NCBI GenBank assembly: GCA_963766715.1
Contig: CAVYBH010000011.1
Location: 160,001 to 224,000 of the forward strand
Length of the DNA: 64,000 nt
Source: an uncultured delta proteobacterium
GTDB lineage: Bacteria > Myxococcota > Myxococcia > Myxococcales > Anaeromyxobacteraceae
Direction of reading: 5' to 3'
A program made the position numbers and the translations under genes. The stretch's first letter is position 1, and every line of letters starts with the position of its first letter. Positions 43,334 through 54,898 of the stretch are shown here, one piece after another. A model generated the notes under the pieces. The model was given only the letters and a program-made list of their open reading frames with translations. It was not told where the DNA came from and did no database searches.

Positions 43334-44829
43334 GCCTCGAGATGAAGCAGCACCTGAGGATGTCGCAGCAGCTGGTGATGACGCCCCAGCTGCAGCAGGC
43401 CATCAAGCTCCTCCAGCTGTCCCGGCTGGAGCTGGTGGACCTCATCCGCACCGAGATCAACGAGAACCCGCTGCTCGACGAGGGGCCCGACGAGGAGGAG
43501 CGCGCCGACGGCGCCAGCCCCGCCGAGGCCAAGCTCGAGGAGCTGGCCCCGCCCGCCAAGGAGGCCGAGAAGGCCGAGGAGGTGAAGGGCGAGGACGGCT
43601 CCAACGAGATCGACTGGGATCAGTACCTCGACCACTACCAGCTCCAGGGCCACACGGCCCCCTCCAACAAGAACATGGGGGACGAGGACCTCCCCGGCTT
43701 CGAGGCCACCCTCACCCGCAAGGGCGACCTCGGCGATCACCTGGTCTGGCAGATGCGCCTCTCCGCGTTCAGCCCGGACGAGGAGCGGGTGGCCATGCTG
43801 ATCATCGGGAACCTCGATCCCGACGGCTACTTCCGCATGCCCGCCGTGGAGGGCGAGGTCGACGACTCGGCGGTCCGCGATCCGCTGGTGCGGGTGGCCT
43901 TCGAGGCCGGCGTCGGCATCGAGTTCGCCGAGAGCGTGCTGAAGCGCGTGCAGTCCCTCGATCCGCCCGGCGTGGCGGCCCGGGACCTGCGCGAGTGCCT
44001 GCTCCTCCAGGCCGTCCAGCTCAACGCCGACCTCCCCGAGGTGGTGGCCATCATCGAGCGCCACCTCAAGCACCTGGAGTCGAAGAACTACGCCGCCATC
44101 TCCCGGGATCTGAAGATTCCCATCGAGCAGGTGGTGAAGGCCGTCAAGGTCATCTCCTCCTTCGAGCCCAAGCCCGGGCGCGCCTACACGAGCGAGGAGG
44201 CGCAGTACATCACCCCGGACGTCACCGTGCAGAAGGTGGGGGATCGCTACGTCACCGTGCTGAACGACGACGGGCTCTCCAAGCTTCGCATCTCCGGGAT
44301 GTACCGGCAGGCGCTGAAGAACGGCAGCGCCGGCGCGGCCAAGGAGTACATCCAGGACAAGCTGCGCAGCGCGGTGTGGCTCATCCGCTCGATCCACCAG
44401 CGGCAGCGCACCATCTACAAGGTCACCGAGTCGATCGTGAAGTTCCAGAAGGACTTCTTCGACAAGGGCATCGCGCACCTCAAGCCGCTCATCCTCCGCG
44501 ACGTGGCCGAGGACATCGGCATGCACGAGTCGACCGTCTCGCGCGTCACCACCAACAAGTACGTGCACACGCCGCAGGGGATCTTCGAGCTCAAGTTCTT
44601 CTTCAACTCGGCCATCTCACGCACCGGTGGTGACGACATCGCCAGCGAGGCGGTGAAGAACCACATCAAGCAGATCGTGGCGGCCGAGGACCCGAAGCAC
44701 CCCCACTCCGATCAGAAGATCGTGGAGCTCCTCAAGGGGCAGAACATCGAGATCGCCCGCCGAACCGTTGCCAAGTACCGGGAAGTACTGGGCATACTTC
44801 CAAGCTCGAAGCGGAAGAAGTTCTTCTGA
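43330..44829 (+). CDS. rpoN: RNA polymerase sigma-54 factor
   Basis: [21 protein letters not shown], RpoN box [10 protein letters not shown]. Confidence 0.98.
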   Translation: MSLEMKQHLRMSQQLVMTPQLQQAIKLLQLSRLELVDLIRTEINENPLLDEGPDEEERADGASPAEAKLEELAPPAKEAEKAEEVKGEDGSNEIDWDQYLDHYQLQGHTAPSNKNMGDEDLPGFEATLTRKGDLGDHLVWQMRLSAFSPDEERVAMLIIGNLDPDGYFRMPAVEGEVDDSAVRDPLVRVAFEAGVGIEFAESVLKRVQSLDPPGVAARDLRECLLLQAVQLNADLPEVVAIIERHLKHLESKNYAAISRDLKIPIEQVVKAVKVISSFEPKPGRAYTSEEAQYITPDVTVQKVGDRYVTVLNDDGLSKLRISGMYRQALKNGSAGAAKEYIQDKLRSAVWLIRSIHQRQRTIYKVTESIVKFQKDFFDKGIAHLKPLILRDVAEDIGMHESTVSRVTTNKYVHTPQGIFELKFFFNSAISRTGGDDIASEAVKNHIKQIVAAEDPKHPHSDQKIVELLKGQNIEIARRTVAKYREVLGILPSSKRKKFF

Positions 44830-44978
44830 TCTGCTATTATGGCGGTAGAGCGCGTGACGCGATTGGGCGACATGCAGTTCGTCGGCCGCGGACCTGCCGG
44901 TCCCCCTCCCAGGAGGATTTCCGGCGCGCCGCGGCCGATTCGTCTTCACCCACCGAGCAAGACTCCAAGGAGGCCACG

Positions 44979-45527
44979 ATGCAGGTGAACATCACGTTCC
45001 GCCATATCGAGCCCACCGAAGCGCTGAAGGCACACGTGAAGGACAAGGTGGCGCACATCCAGCGGTACGTGGATCGTCCCTCGGAAGCCCACGCCGTGCT
45101 CCACCTGGAGAACCTGCAGCACCACGCCGAGATCACCATGAAGGCCGGGCCGTTCTCGGTCCGCGGGCGGGGCAAGTCGGAGGACATGTACGCCTCCATC
45201 GACGCCGCCGCCGACAAGATCGAGCGCCAGCTGAAGAAGCACAAGGAGCGGGTCCGCAACCACAAGGCGACGCTCATCCCCAAGGACTGGCAGCCGGTCG
45301 ACATCCGCCACGAGATCCTCGACCAGCCGAGCGACCTGCCCTCGGCCCGGGTGGTGTCGACCTCGAAGTTCCAGGCCAGGCCGATGAGCCTCGACGAGGC
45401 CATCATGCAGATGGACCTGCTGAACAGCCGCTTCTACGTGTTCCAGAACGAGAAGACGCGCGCCATCCACGTGGTCTACCGGCGCGACGACGGCAAGCTC
45501 GGGCTGATCGAGACCACGCCGGCGTAG
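44979..45527 (+). CDS. hpf: Ribosome hibernation promoting factor (long HPF)
   Basis: ITFRHIE, DMYASID..KIERQLKK, C-terminal MSLDEAIMQM..VVYRRDDG; AGGAGG SD. Confidence 0.93.
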   Translation: MQVNITFRHIEPTEALKAHVKDKVAHIQRYVDRPSEAHAVLHLENLQHHAEITMKAGPFSVRGRGKSEDMYASIDAAADKIERQLKKHKERVRNHKATLIPKDWQPVDIRHEILDQPSDLPSARVVSTSKFQARPMSLDEAIMQMDLLNSRFYVFQNEKTRAIHVVYRRDDGKLGLIETTPA

Positions 45528-45681
45528 CGCGACGTCCTCGGTGCCGGCCGTCCTCGAGGCCGGCGCGCCGGGGGGCTCGTCTCCGCCCGCGCGGGTCCTC
45601 CCGCCCTCCCGGGCGTCCCGGATCGCCGCGGGACGCGCGGCGCGGTCGTTCCTTGAATCGCGCGGTTGGCCGTGCTAGCCG

Positions 45682-46146
45682 GTGGGAGTGCGCATCGCCG
45701 ACATCCTGCGTCCCGACTGCGTGATCGCCAATCTCTCCGGCGGCACGGTGGCCTCCGTCCTCGCAGAGCTGGCGCGGCCGGTGGCCGCGGCGGTCGGGCT
45801 GGAAGGGCAGGTGCTCACGGCGGCGCTGCTCGCACGCGAGAAGCTCGGGTCCACCGGCATCGGGGAAGGCATCGCGGTCCCGCACTGCAAGGTGGCCGGG
45901 CTGTCCGCGCTGACCGCCAGCCTGGGACGGTCGGTCGACGGGGTGGACTTCCGCGCCATCGACGGCAAGCCGTCCCGCGTCTTCGTGGCCCTCTTCGCGC
46001 CGGAGCGGGGCGGGGCCGAGCACCTCCAGGCGCTGGCCCGGGTCAGCCGGCTGCTCAAGCGCCCCGAGTTCCGCAAGGCGCTGCTCGACGCGCCGGACGC
46101 GGACGCCATGTACCGGCTGGTGGTCGAGGAGGACGGCCGTCTCTAG
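45682..46146 (+). CDS. ptsN: PTS IIA(Ntr)-like protein
   Basis: REKLGSTGIGEGIAVPH, HLQALA; follows rpoN-hpf. Confidence 0.9.
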   Translation: MGVRIADILRPDCVIANLSGGTVASVLAELARPVAAAVGLEGQVLTAALLAREKLGSTGIGEGIAVPHCKVAGLSALTASLGRSVDGVDFRAIDGKPSRVFVALFAPERGGAEHLQALARVSRLLKRPEFRKALLDAPDADAMYRLVVEEDGRL

Positions 46147-46170
46147 GCGGCGCGCCGTCCCCGGCCCGCC

Positions 46171-46452
46171 TCAGTGCGTCGCGTCGACGAGGACCGCGGC
46201 GGGAGAGGCGACGGGCGCCCGCCTGCCGCGCTCCGTACACCCTGGGTGATGGCCGCTCTTCAGCCCGCACTCGGCGCAGGTGGTCTGGAGCCGGGGCGCC
46301 GGGAAGCTTCCGGGCTGCCTGCGCCCGGTGCCGAGGCGCGCATCCAGCCAGGCGGCGCGCGCCGCGTCCTCCGCGGCGAACCGCGCCGCGATGGTCTCCA
46401 GCAGTCCGGATCTCCCGCGATCCCCATCCAGCTCGGGCGTCTGACCAGCCAT
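46171..46452 (-). CDS. Small hypothetical protein with CxxC-H-C motif
   Basis: GGAGG SD before the ATG at 46452; CAECGLKSGHHPGC. Confidence 0.5.
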   Translation of the reverse strand: MAGQTPELDGDRGRSGLLETIAARFAAEDAARAAWLDARLGTGRRQPGSFPAPRLQTTCAECGLKSGHHPGCTERGRRAPVASPAAVLVDATH

Positions 46453-46600
46453 GTCCGATTTCCTCCCGTTCGATCCGTATCCCGGAATCGAGGGACAGGG
46501 ATCCGGAACGGCGGGCTGACTCGAAGGAAGCCGCCACATCCGGCGCCACTCCTCCCACGCCTGACTACATCCGCACCGACGGTGGATCCGGGGCGGTCCG

Positions 46601-47320
46601 TCAGCGCGCAGCGCCGGCCAGCCGCGTCGCCACCAGCAGCAGGACCGTCGCCGAGAGGACGAAGCCGAGGTGGCTCGTCTCCACCTCCACGTGCTCCACG
46701 CCGGCGTTGCGCCGGTCGATGCAGGCCTGCCAGGAGACGACCCCGTCCCGGCGGGAGTAGAGGGCCAGGACCGGGCGGGTGAGCGGAACGTCCTCGCGCG
46801 AGGCCACGGCGGCCTCGATGGCGTCGAGGTCGACGCCCCGCCGCCGGTAGGCCCGGGCCGCCAGCGTGTACTTGGGCCCACCCACCACCGGTGCACCCAG
46901 CGTGATCACGCGGTCCACGGCGGAGGGCAGGTCCCGTGACGCCTCCCGGGCCAGGTAGCCGCCCAGGCTCCATCCGACCAGGCGCACCGGGCGGCCGGTC
47001 TCCCGGGCGAGCGCCGCCACGCGCTCGACGACCCGAGGGAGGAGCGCCGGGACGTCTCCGTCGTTCCGTCCCAGCCCCCAGGGCCGGACGTCGTGCCCCA
47101 GCCGGGAGAGGTAGGCGCGGAGGATCGCCGTGGCGGCGTCGCCGGTGCCGTAGCCGGGGAGCACCATCACCGGCCCGCCGTCCCCCCGGGGCGCCCGGGA
47201 CAGGGACGGCGCACGCAGGAGGAGGCCGGGGAGCTCGAGGAAGCCCAGCACCTCGCGCCAGGCCGCGCGCCCGCGGGGCGGGCGCAGGAGCTCGGACGAC
47301 CCGGGCCCCGAGGTCACCAC
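46601..47320 (-). CDS. Esterase/lipase-family alpha/beta hydrolase
   Basis: VLPGYG, LVGWSLGG, DGVVSW, SHLG. Confidence 0.85.
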   Translation of the reverse strand: MVTSGPGSSELLRPPRGRAAWREVLGFLELPGLLLRAPSLSRAPRGDGGPVMVLPGYGTGDAATAILRAYLSRLGHDVRPWGLGRNDGDVPALLPRVVERVAALARETGRPVRLVGWSLGGYLAREASRDLPSAVDRVITLGAPVVGGPKYTLAARAYRRRGVDLDAIEAAVASREDVPLTRPVLALYSRRDGVVSWQACIDRRNAGVEHVEVETSHLGFVLSATVLLLVATRLAGAAR

Positions 47321-47499
47321 CCTGGCGACCGGCCGGGGACGGGATCGGAGCGGCGCGTGATGCCGGCCCTTCCCGGATCCTCGGCCCCGTCGGTCGCCGC
47401 CGGCGCGCCGTTCCAGCTCACCCGCACCGGCCCGAGCGTGAGGAGCGTGACGCCGAGCGCGAGGAAGACCGCGACGGCCCTGCGAATCCGGGAGACCAT
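47314..47499 (-). CDS. Possible small exported protein
   Basis: Signal-like N-terminus; fills the gap between lepB and the hydrolase. Confidence 0.3.
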   Translation of the reverse strand: MVSRIRRAVAVFLALGVTLLTLGPVRVSWNGAPAATDGAEDPGRAGITRRSDPVPGRSPGW

Positions 47500-47506
47500 G
47501 GCCGGG

Positions 47507-48196
47507 CTAGTGGTTCACGGAGTGGGCGATGCGATCCGGCCGGAGACCGCCGGGGCCCCAGGAGAAGAGCGCGTTCCACGCCCGCCCCTTGATCCGGTCG
47601 ACCGGCACCGGCCCGAAGACGCGGCTGTCGGCGCTGTGATCGCGGTGGTCGCCCACCAGGAAGACGGTGCCGGCGGGAACCACGGTGGGCGGGATGTCGC
47701 CGCACTCGATGCCGGGCGTGCAGTAGGTGAGGTAGCGGTGCTTGCCGAGCTGCTCCTCGGCGGCCACGCACTTCTCCTCGCGCCAGGGGCCGCCCTCCAG
47801 CCGGTTCTGGTAGACGCAGCGGCCGGGCCGGTCCTCGCGCGGCACGGGCGAGCCGTTCAGCCAGAGCGCGCCGTCCTTCACCTCGACGGTGTCGCCCGCC
47901 ACGCCCACCACCCGCTTGATGAGGTCGTCGTTGCGGGGGTTGCCGGGCGGGGCGAGCAGCACGACGATGTCGCCGCGGGCCGGGGACGACCACATGGCTT
48001 GTGCACGGTCCGTGAATGGCAGGCGGGCCCCGTAGGCCCATTTCTCCACCACCACGTAGTCGCCGATCTGCAGCGTCGGGATCATGGACCCCGACGGGAT
48101 GTAGACCGCCTCGTAGAGCAGCGTCCGGAATGCCAGCACGGCGAGGATGGTGATGACCCAGCCCTGGATCTCGCGCTTGACCTTGGCCTTGTCCAC
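47507..48196 (-). CDS. lepB: Signal peptidase I
   Basis: IPSGSMIPTL, RGDIVV, LIKRVVG, GDHRDHSADSR. Confidence 0.93.
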   Translation of the reverse strand: MDKAKVKREIQGWVITILAVLAFRTLLYEAVYIPSGSMIPTLQIGDYVVVEKWAYGARLPFTDRAQAMWSSPARGDIVVLLAPPGNPRNDDLIKRVVGVAGDTVEVKDGALWLNGSPVPREDRPGRCVYQNRLEGGPWREEKCVAAEEQLGKHRYLTYCTPGIECGDIPPTVVPAGTVFLVGDHRDHSADSRVFGPVPVDRIKGRAWNALFSWGPGGLRPDRIAHSVNH

Positions 48197-48216
48197 GTCG
48201 TCCTGCGGCCCCTTCC

Positions 48217-49443
48217 CTACTCCGTACGCATGGCCTCGACCGGGTCGAGGCGGCTGGCGCGGATGGCGGGGTAGATGCCGAAGACGACGCCTGCCCCGGA
48301 TGCGGAAAGCAGGGAGAGTAGCACCGCCCAGGCCGGGACGCTCGCCGGAATGTCCCACACCTCGCGGGCCAGGATGGCCCCGCCGGCGCCCAGCAGCACG
48401 CCCAGGATGCCGCCCAGGAGCGAGAGCGTGACCGCCTCGATGACGAACTGGGAGAGGATGCGGCGACGCCGGGCCCCCAGCGCCATGCGCACGCCAATCT
48501 CGCGGGTCCGCTCCGCCACCGAGACCAGCATGATGTTCATGACCCCGATGCCGCCCACCACGAGCGCCAGCAAGGTCACCGCGAAGGTGGCGGCCGCCAC
48601 CACCGCGGCGAACTGGTTGAAGGTGCCGGTCATGGTCTCGTTGCTGTAGATGTCGAAGTCGTTCTCCTGCAGGCCGCGCAGGCCGCGCATGGCGCGGAGC
48701 CGGGCGATGACCTCGTCCTGGGCCTTGTTGAAGTCCTCGGGGGTCAGGGCCTGGATGGCGATGTTGTGGTTCGTGACCCGGCCGAGCACCTGGTAGTAGG
48801 GGTCGAGCGGGATGATCACCCACCCGTCCTGGCTGCCGCCCAGCGTGGCGCCGCGCCGCTCGGCGACGCCCACCACCGTGAAGGGAGACGAGCGGATGCG
48901 GATCTCCTTGCCCACCCCGCTCTCGCCGGGGAACAGGACGTCGGCCACGTCGGCGCCCAGCACCGCCACCCGGCCGCCAGTGGCGACGTCGGTGTCGGTG
49001 AAGAAGCGGCCGTCGGCGATGGTGACGGCGTTGGCGTACTGGTAGTCGGGGACGCCGCCGCCCACCTGGATGCTCGGCTTGGTGGCCCGGTCCCGGGTGG
49101 AGATCCGCTCGGGGTTCCGGTGGTAGGCCTCGATCGACACGTGGCCGACGTGCGGCAGCGATCGCAGCGCCTCGCCCTGCTCGCGCGTGAGATCGCGCCG
49201 CTTGGCGTACTTGGCGCGGTCGATGTGGCCGAAGGTGGCCGGCCACTTCTGCACCTGGAACGAGCCGGCCCCCAGCCCCTCGAGGTCCTTGTTCACGCTG
49301 ATGCGGAAGCCCTCCACGAGCGACATCATGGCCACCACGGTGGCGGCGCCGATGACGATGCCCAGCAGGGTGAGAAGCGAGCGCAGCGGGTTTCCCCGCA
49401 ACGTGCTGAAGGCCAGCCCCAGGTTGTCGACGAAGCCCTTCAT
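48217..49443 (-). CDS. MacB/FtsX-type ABC permease
   Basis: [41 protein letters not shown]. Confidence 0.93.
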   Translation of the reverse strand: MKGFVDNLGLAFSTLRGNPLRSLLTLLGIVIGAATVVAMMSLVEGFRISVNKDLEGLGAGSFQVQKWPATFGHIDRAKYAKRRDLTREQGEALRSLPHVGHVSIEAYHRNPERISTRDRATKPSIQVGGGVPDYQYANAVTIADGRFFTDTDVATGGRVAVLGADVADVLFPGESGVGKEIRIRSSPFTVVGVAERRGATLGGSQDGWVIIPLDPYYQVLGRVTNHNIAIQALTPEDFNKAQDEVIARLRAMRGLRGLQENDFDIYSNETMTGTFNQFAAVVAAATFAVTLLALVVGGIGVMNIMLVSVAERTREIGVRMALGARRRRILSQFVIEAVTLSLLGGILGVLLGAGGAILAREVWDIPASVPAWAVLLSLLSASGAGVVFGIYPAIRASRLDPVEAMRTE

Positions 49444-50687
49444 TCGTAGCGCAACGCCTCCACCGGATCGAGGTTGGCGGCCCGCCAGGCCGGCCAGATG
49501 CCGAAGACGAGGCCGGTCGCCGTGGAGAAGGCGATGCCGAAGACGATCGCCGAGGGCGTGGCCGCCGCCGCCAGCGGCGAGAGCAGCGCCACCAGCTGCG
49601 CCACACCCAGCCCCAGCGCGGTCCCCAGCGCGCCGCCCAGCGCAGCCACCGCCGCCGACTCGATGAGGAACTGGGTGAGGATGGTGCTGCGGCGCGCCCC
49701 CAGCGCGCGGCGAACGCCAATCTCCCGGGTCCGCTCGTGCACCGAGACCAGCATGATGTTCATGATGCCGATGCCGCCCACGATGAGGGTGATGAGGCCC
49801 ACGCCGATGGCCATGCCGTAGAGGGCGCTCGTCAGCTGCTTGTAGAGCTTGAGGAACTGCTCCTGGCGGTTGAAGGCGAAGTCGTCCGGCTTGCCGGGCA
49901 GGACGTTGCGGGCGCGCCGCAGGATGGGGGTGAGCTCGCTCTCCAGCTCGGCGATCTTGCCGGGAGGCGCGGCCACCGAGAGCACCATGTTGCGCTGGCT
50001 GCCGAAGATGCGGCCGAAGCTGGAGTAGGGCATCACCGCCACGTTGTCGAGCGGCATGCCGAGCAGCTGCCCCTGCCGCTCCAGGACGCCGACCACCTGG
50101 AAGGTGCGGCCGGCGATGAGCACCTTCTTCCCGACCGCGGCCGCCACCGGCTCGTCGGGGAAGAGCCGGTCGACCACGTCGGTGCCGAGCACGACCGCCG
50201 GGCGGGCCAGGTCGATGTCGCCCGCCACCAGGAAGCGGCCGGCCTGGACCGAGCCGCCGTTGGCGTTCAGGTACTCCTCGCTCGTGCCGCGGATGACCAC
50301 GCTCTCCAGCTCGACGCCCCCGCGCGCCACCTTGCCGCGGATGCCGGACATGGGGGCCACCGACACCGCCAGCTGCGACTCGCGCTGCACGGCCTTCAGC
50401 TCGGTGACCGTGATCTTCTTGCGGTTGCGGTACATCCACCAGGTGTCGTCGTTCTGGATCCAGGGCTGGCGGTCCACGTAGAGCGTGTGGGCCCCGAGGA
50501 ACTGGATCTGCTCCTCGAAGCTGCGGTCGAGCCCCTGGATGATGGCCACGATGGCGATCACCGTGGAGACCCCGATGACGATGCCGAGCGTGGTGAGGAA
50601 GGTGCGCAGCCGCGCGCCCGCCAGCGCCCCGAAGGCGATCCGGAAGCTCTCCAGGAGCTCCCCCCAGGCGCGACGGAGCCACCTCAC
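49440..50687 (-). CDS. MacB/FtsX-type ABC permease (second paralog)
   Basis: [43 protein letters not shown]. Confidence 0.93.
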   Translation of the reverse strand: MRWLRRAWGELLESFRIAFGALAGARLRTFLTTLGIVIGVSTVIAIVAIIQGLDRSFEEQIQFLGAHTLYVDRQPWIQNDDTWWMYRNRKKITVTELKAVQRESQLAVSVAPMSGIRGKVARGGVELESVVIRGTSEEYLNANGGSVQAGRFLVAGDIDLARPAVVLGTDVVDRLFPDEPVAAAVGKKVLIAGRTFQVVGVLERQGQLLGMPLDNVAVMPYSSFGRIFGSQRNMVLSVAAPPGKIAELESELTPILRRARNVLPGKPDDFAFNRQEQFLKLYKQLTSALYGMAIGVGLITLIVGGIGIMNIMLVSVHERTREIGVRRALGARRSTILTQFLIESAAVAALGGALGTALGLGVAQLVALLSPLAAAATPSAIVFGIAFSTATGLVFGIWPAWRAANLDPVEALRYE

Positions 50688-51445
50688 GCCGCCGCTCCAG
50701 GAGCCGGGGCGGGCGTGTGGGGCGGGGCCTGCGGCACGCCCAGGGCGGCCACCTCGGCCCCCGGACCGTCGGCCACCACGCGGCCGTCGGAGAGCCGGAT
50801 GGCCCGCGGGCAGCGCGCCGCGAGGCGCGGCTCGTGGGTGACGAGCAGGATGGTGTGCCCGCGCTTGTTCAGCTCGCCGAAGAGCCGGATGATCTCCTCG
50901 CCGGTGGCGCTGTCCAGGTTGCCGGTGGGCTCGTCGGCCAGCAGCAGGGACGGGGTTCCCACCAGCGCCCGGGCGATGGCCACGCGCTGGCGCTGTCCGC
51001 CGGAGAGCTCGTTGGGGCGGTGGTGCATCCGGTTCGCGAGCCCGACGGCCTCGAGCGCCGCGACGGCCTTCTCGCGCCGCTCCTTGCGCGGGATGCCGCG
51101 GTAGACGAGCGGCAGCTCGACGTTGGCGAGCGCGGTGGACCGGGGGAGCAGCTGGAAGGTCTGGAAGACGAAGCCGATCTCCTGGTTGCGCAGGTCGGCC
51201 AGCTGGTCGTCGGTGAGCTTCTCCACGTCGTGCCCGTTGATCCGGTAGGAGCCCGCGCTGGGCGTGTCGAGCGCGCCGATCAGGTTCATCAGCGTGGACT
51301 TGCCCGAGCCGGACTGGCCCACCACCGCCACCCACTCGCCGCGGCGCACGTCGAAGGAGACGCCGTCGAGGGCGCGCACCTCCTCCTGGCCGACCGTGTA
51401 GGTGCGGGTCAGGTTCTCGACGGAGATGAGGGGAGCCTCGGTCAC
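50684..51445 (-). CDS. ABC ATP-binding protein (MacB/LolD-like)
   Basis: [25 protein letters not shown]. Confidence 0.95.
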   Translation of the reverse strand: MTEAPLISVENLTRTYTVGQEEVRALDGVSFDVRRGEWVAVVGQSGSGKSTLMNLIGALDTPSAGSYRINGHDVEKLTDDQLADLRNQEIGFVFQTFQLLPRSTALANVELPLVYRGIPRKERREKAVAALEAVGLANRMHHRPNELSGGQRQRVAIARALVGTPSLLLADEPTGNLDSATGEEIIRLFGELNKRGHTILLVTHEPRLAARCPRAIRLSDGRVVADGPGAEVAALGVPQAPPHTPAPAPGAAA

Positions 51446-52776
51446 GACCCGCTGGCTCCCTTCTTGGCCTCGCCGGAGACCTTGGGGGCCTCCTTGTCCT
51501 TCGCCTTGTCCTTCTCCGGCTTCTCCTCCTTCACCGGCTTGCCGTCGGCCAGGTCGCGGGAGAGCAGCTTGTAGGGCCCCTCGACGATGACGTCGCCCTC
51601 CTTCACGCCGCTGGTGAGCTCGATGTCGTTCTCGCTGGCGAGGCCGGTCTCGACGCGGCGGACCTTGGCCTTGCCGTCCTCCACCACGAAGACGACCTTC
51701 TGCATCGGCTCGCGGCCGACCTTCTTCGCGTCCGGGGTGCCCGCGGGCGCGGCGCCCTCGGGGGGCGGCCCGCCGTCCTTCTGATCCTTGCCGGCGCCGA
51801 GCTGCTTCTCGGTGCGCACCGTCACCGCCTGCAGGGGGACGATGAGGGCCTGGTCATGGGTCTCGGTCGAGATGGTGGCCTGGCCGCTCATGCCCGGCAG
51901 CGCGCCCGAGACGTTCGTCGTGAGGGCGATGCGGACCGGGAAGGTGGTGACCTCGGCCTCGGTGCCGGCGTTCTTCACCGTGGCGTTCTTGGCGATCTCG
52001 ATGACCTGGGCCGGGAACTTCCGGTCGGGGAAGGCGTCGATCTCGATCTCGGCCGGATCGCCCTCGTGCAGGTAGACCACCTCGTGCTCGCCGACCTCGA
52101 CCTTCATCTCCATGCTGGAGAGGGTGGCGATGATGACGATGGGATCCTCGTTGAAGTCGGAGCCGCGCACCCGCTCGCCCACCTGCTTGAGCCGCGAGGT
52201 GAGGATGCCGTCGATGGGGGCGGTGAGGGTGGTGAAGGAGAGGAGGTAGCGGGCCTCGGAGAGGCTCGCGGTGGCGTTCCGGACCCGGTCCTTGGCGGCC
52301 TGGACCCGGGCGAGCGCGCCGTCGCGCTCGGCGACCGCCCGCTCCAGCTCGGCGGTGCTCGCGCTGTCGGCCTTGACGAGCTTCTCGACCCGCTTGAGGT
52401 CGGCCTCGAGCTTGGCGAGGTTCACCTCCTCGAGCGAGAGCTCGGACTTCGCGCTCTGCTCCATGGCCTCGCGCTGGTGCAGCTGGGCCTCGTAGCGGCG
52501 CGCGTCGATGCGCCCGATGTACTGCCCCTTCTTGATGGTGTCGCCCTCCCGCACCGGCAGGTCGAGCAGGTCGCCGGACAGGTTGGAGGAGAGCTTCACC
52601 TGCGTGGCGGCCTGCAGCTTCCCGGCCGCCGCCACCTTGCGGGTGATGGGGCCCTTGCGGACCGCGGAGGTCTGCACGGTGACGGGCGGATCCTTCTTGG
52701 GCGCCAGCGAGGCGGCGACGATGCCGACGACGGCGAGCACGAAGACGGCGGCGATGATGCGCTTGGTCCAGGACAT
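51442..52776 (-). CDS. MacA-like periplasmic adaptor (membrane fusion protein)
   Basis: N-terminal [13 protein letters not shown], helical hairpin, APIDG, PGMSG. Confidence 0.92.
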   Translation of the reverse strand: MSWTKRIIAAVFVLAVVGIVAASLAPKKDPPVTVQTSAVRKGPITRKVAAAGKLQAATQVKLSSNLSGDLLDLPVREGDTIKKGQYIGRIDARRYEAQLHQREAMEQSAKSELSLEEVNLAKLEADLKRVEKLVKADSASTAELERAVAERDGALARVQAAKDRVRNATASLSEARYLLSFTTLTAPIDGILTSRLKQVGERVRGSDFNEDPIVIIATLSSMEMKVEVGEHEVVYLHEGDPAEIEIDAFPDRKFPAQVIEIAKNATVKNAGTEAEVTTFPVRIALTTNVSGALPGMSGQATISTETHDQALIVPLQAVTVRTEKQLGAGKDQKDGGPPPEGAAPAGTPDAKKVGREPMQKVVFVVEDGKAKVRRVETGLASENDIELTSGVKEGDVIVEGPYKLLSRDLADGKPVKEEKPEKDKAKDKEAPKVSGEAKKGASGS

Positions 52777-52795
52777 GGCCAACGGTTCCTTTCGG

Positions 52796-54161
52796 CTACA
52801 GCGCGCCGCCCACGGCGCGGTTCAGGTCGGCGCGGGCGATGATGGCGTCGATGCGGGCCTGCAGGAGCGAGAGCTCGGCCCGGGTGAGGTTGAGCAACGC
52901 GTCGCGGATCTCCACCTGCGTGGCCGCGCCCGCCTCGAAGCGGCGCTTGGCGAGCAGGAGGCTCTCGCGGGCGGACTTGAGGTTCTCCTCGGCCAGCGCG
53001 GCGGAGGCGGAGAGGGTCTGGTAGCCGGAGCGGGAGTGCGCGATCTCGCTCGTGACCTGCAGGAAGGACTGCTCGGCCTGGAGGCGGGCGCGCTCGTCGT
53101 TCAGGTTGGCGCGCTGCACGTTGGCGCTCGTGGTCCGCCCCTCGAAGAGGTTCCAGTTCACGGCGATGCCGAAGGTGGCCACGTACTGGCCGGTGGGATC
53201 CCCGTACACGCCCTGCGGGCCGGCGATGTAGGGCCCCTGGCGGTTGTAGCTGGCCTGGGCGCCCACGCTCGGCCAGTAGCCGGCCTGGGCGACGCGGATT
53301 CCCTCCGCCGCGGCCTTGATCCGCTGCTCGTCGGCCGAGAGGAGCGGGCGCTTGCGCTTGGCCAGGTCGACGAGGGAGGCCTGCTCCGGCGGCTCCTGGA
53401 AGGTGGAGGCCTCGAGGGTGCCGGGCGGGACCACGTGGAGCTCGGGATCGGCGCCGCGGCCGAGGACGAGCGACAGCGCCACCCGCGCGTCGGCGACCCG
53501 GGAGAGCTGCTGCTCGGCGGAGATGCGGTCGTTCCCGAGCGTCACGCGCGCGGCGTAGGTGTCGCTGCGCGGGGCGCGCCCGGCCTCGTAGAGGGCGTCG
53601 GTGCGCCGGACCAGCTCCTCGCTCCGCGCCACGGCCTCCTGGAGCACCTTGAGGCTCCGCTCGGCGCGGACCACCTCGTAGAAGCGCCGGATCACGTCGA
53701 AGGAGACGTTGAGCGAGGCCTCGTCGTAGGACTTGTCGGCGGCCCGCAGGAGCGCCTTCGTCCGGGCGATGTTCGCCCAGTTCCGCATGCCGTCGAAGAG
53801 CGGCACCTGGAGCGTGAGCCCGAGCGCGTAGGACTCCACGTCGTTGGCGGGGATCTTCTGCAGCGAGAACTTGTAGGCCGAGGGTCTGGCTGCCGTCGGG
53901 GTTGGTGACGATGTAGGGGATCGAGATGTTCTGCGTGCTGGGCGCGGTGTAGATGTTGCCGAAGTTGGCGGCCAGGTCGAGCCGGGGCAGCACGCCCGCC
54001 CAGCTGGCGTACTCGTCCACGCCGGCCAGCGCGCGGTCGGTCCCGGCGAGCTTCAGGTCCACGTTGGCCTGGGCGGCCGCGGCGAGCGCCTCGTCGAGCG
54101 TGATGGGAGGGGCTTCGGCGGCGGCGAGCGCCAGCGGCAGCAGGAGGAGGATCGGATGCAT
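52796..54161 (-). CDS. TolC-family outer membrane efflux protein (+1 frameshift near 53878)
   Basis: ITLDEALAAA..N, VPLFDG, YEAG, WNLFEG, RRFEAG. Confidence 0.88.
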
Positions 54162-54163
54162 GT

Positions 54164-54871
54164 CTACCTCGCGCCCCCGAGGATGGGCAGCGCAACGCGG
54201 AAGACGGCGACGTAGGCGAGCCAGAGGACGGTGACGGTCACGAGCGCGCGCGTGCGCGAGACCCGCGCCACCCCGGCCATGCCCGCCACCACCAGCCAGA
54301 CCGCCCAGAGGGAGAACAGGTCGACCGCGCCCAGGAACGAGGCGAGCGGCCCCTGCGCGCCGGCGGGCAGCAGGATCCCCAGGTTGGAGGGGAGGAGCGT
54401 GGCGAGCTGCTCGGGCATGAGCGTCCCGCGGACGAGCAGCGCCGGGACGGCGAGCAGCGCCTCCACGGCGCCCGGGAGCAGCGCCCAGCACATCACCGTG
54501 AAGGTCTGCGCGAAGCCGGGCTTCGCCCCCACCACCTTGAACGCCATCCAGACCCAGAAGGCGCCGAGGAGGGCCGTGAGCCCCGTCCCGAAGGCGGCCC
54601 CGGTGTAGGCGGCGAGGGCGGCCACCTTGCGGGCCTGCTCCAGCTTCACCTCGCGATCGTGCGGCGACATCTGCGCCGCGCCCTCGCTGCGGTCGATCGC
54701 GTCGGCGGCCGCCCGCTCGAAGTCGATGCGGGGCACGGCCACGATCGAGAAGAGCAGCGCGGCGGCGGTGGCGAAGAGGAGCGGCACCCAGTAGCGCCGC
54801 TGCTCCGCGGCGAGGGGAAGCTCTCTGGTGGGGTGGAGAAGTGGCGACTGCGCGAGCGTCTCGGCGGACAT
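54164..54871 (-). CDS. Yip1-domain membrane protein (YknW-like)
   Basis: About five TM segments; VDLFSLW; first gene of the efflux operon. Confidence 0.7.
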   Translation of the reverse strand: MSAETLAQSPLLHPTRELPLAAEQRRYWVPLLFATAAALLFSIVAVPRIDFERAAADAIDRSEGAAQMSPHDREVKLEQARKVAALAAYTGAAFGTGLTALLGAFWVWMAFKVVGAKPGFAQTFTVMCWALLPGAVEALLAVPALLVRGTLMPEQLATLLPSNLGILLPAGAQGPLASFLGAVDLFSLWAVWLVVAGMAGVARVSRTRALVTVTVLWLAYVAVFRVALPILGGAR

Positions 54872-54898
54872 TGGGCTCCCGAAGCGGACCGACGCCCC

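Noticed and set aside
46460..46600. Possible ncRNA or ACATCCG direct repeats in the intergenic gap
   Set aside because: Only two short copies and no convincing structure or known family.
48480..49780. Near-identical DNA stretches near 48480-48560 and 49700-49780
   Set aside because: Explained by the conserved [19 protein letters not shown] motif in two paralogous permeases.
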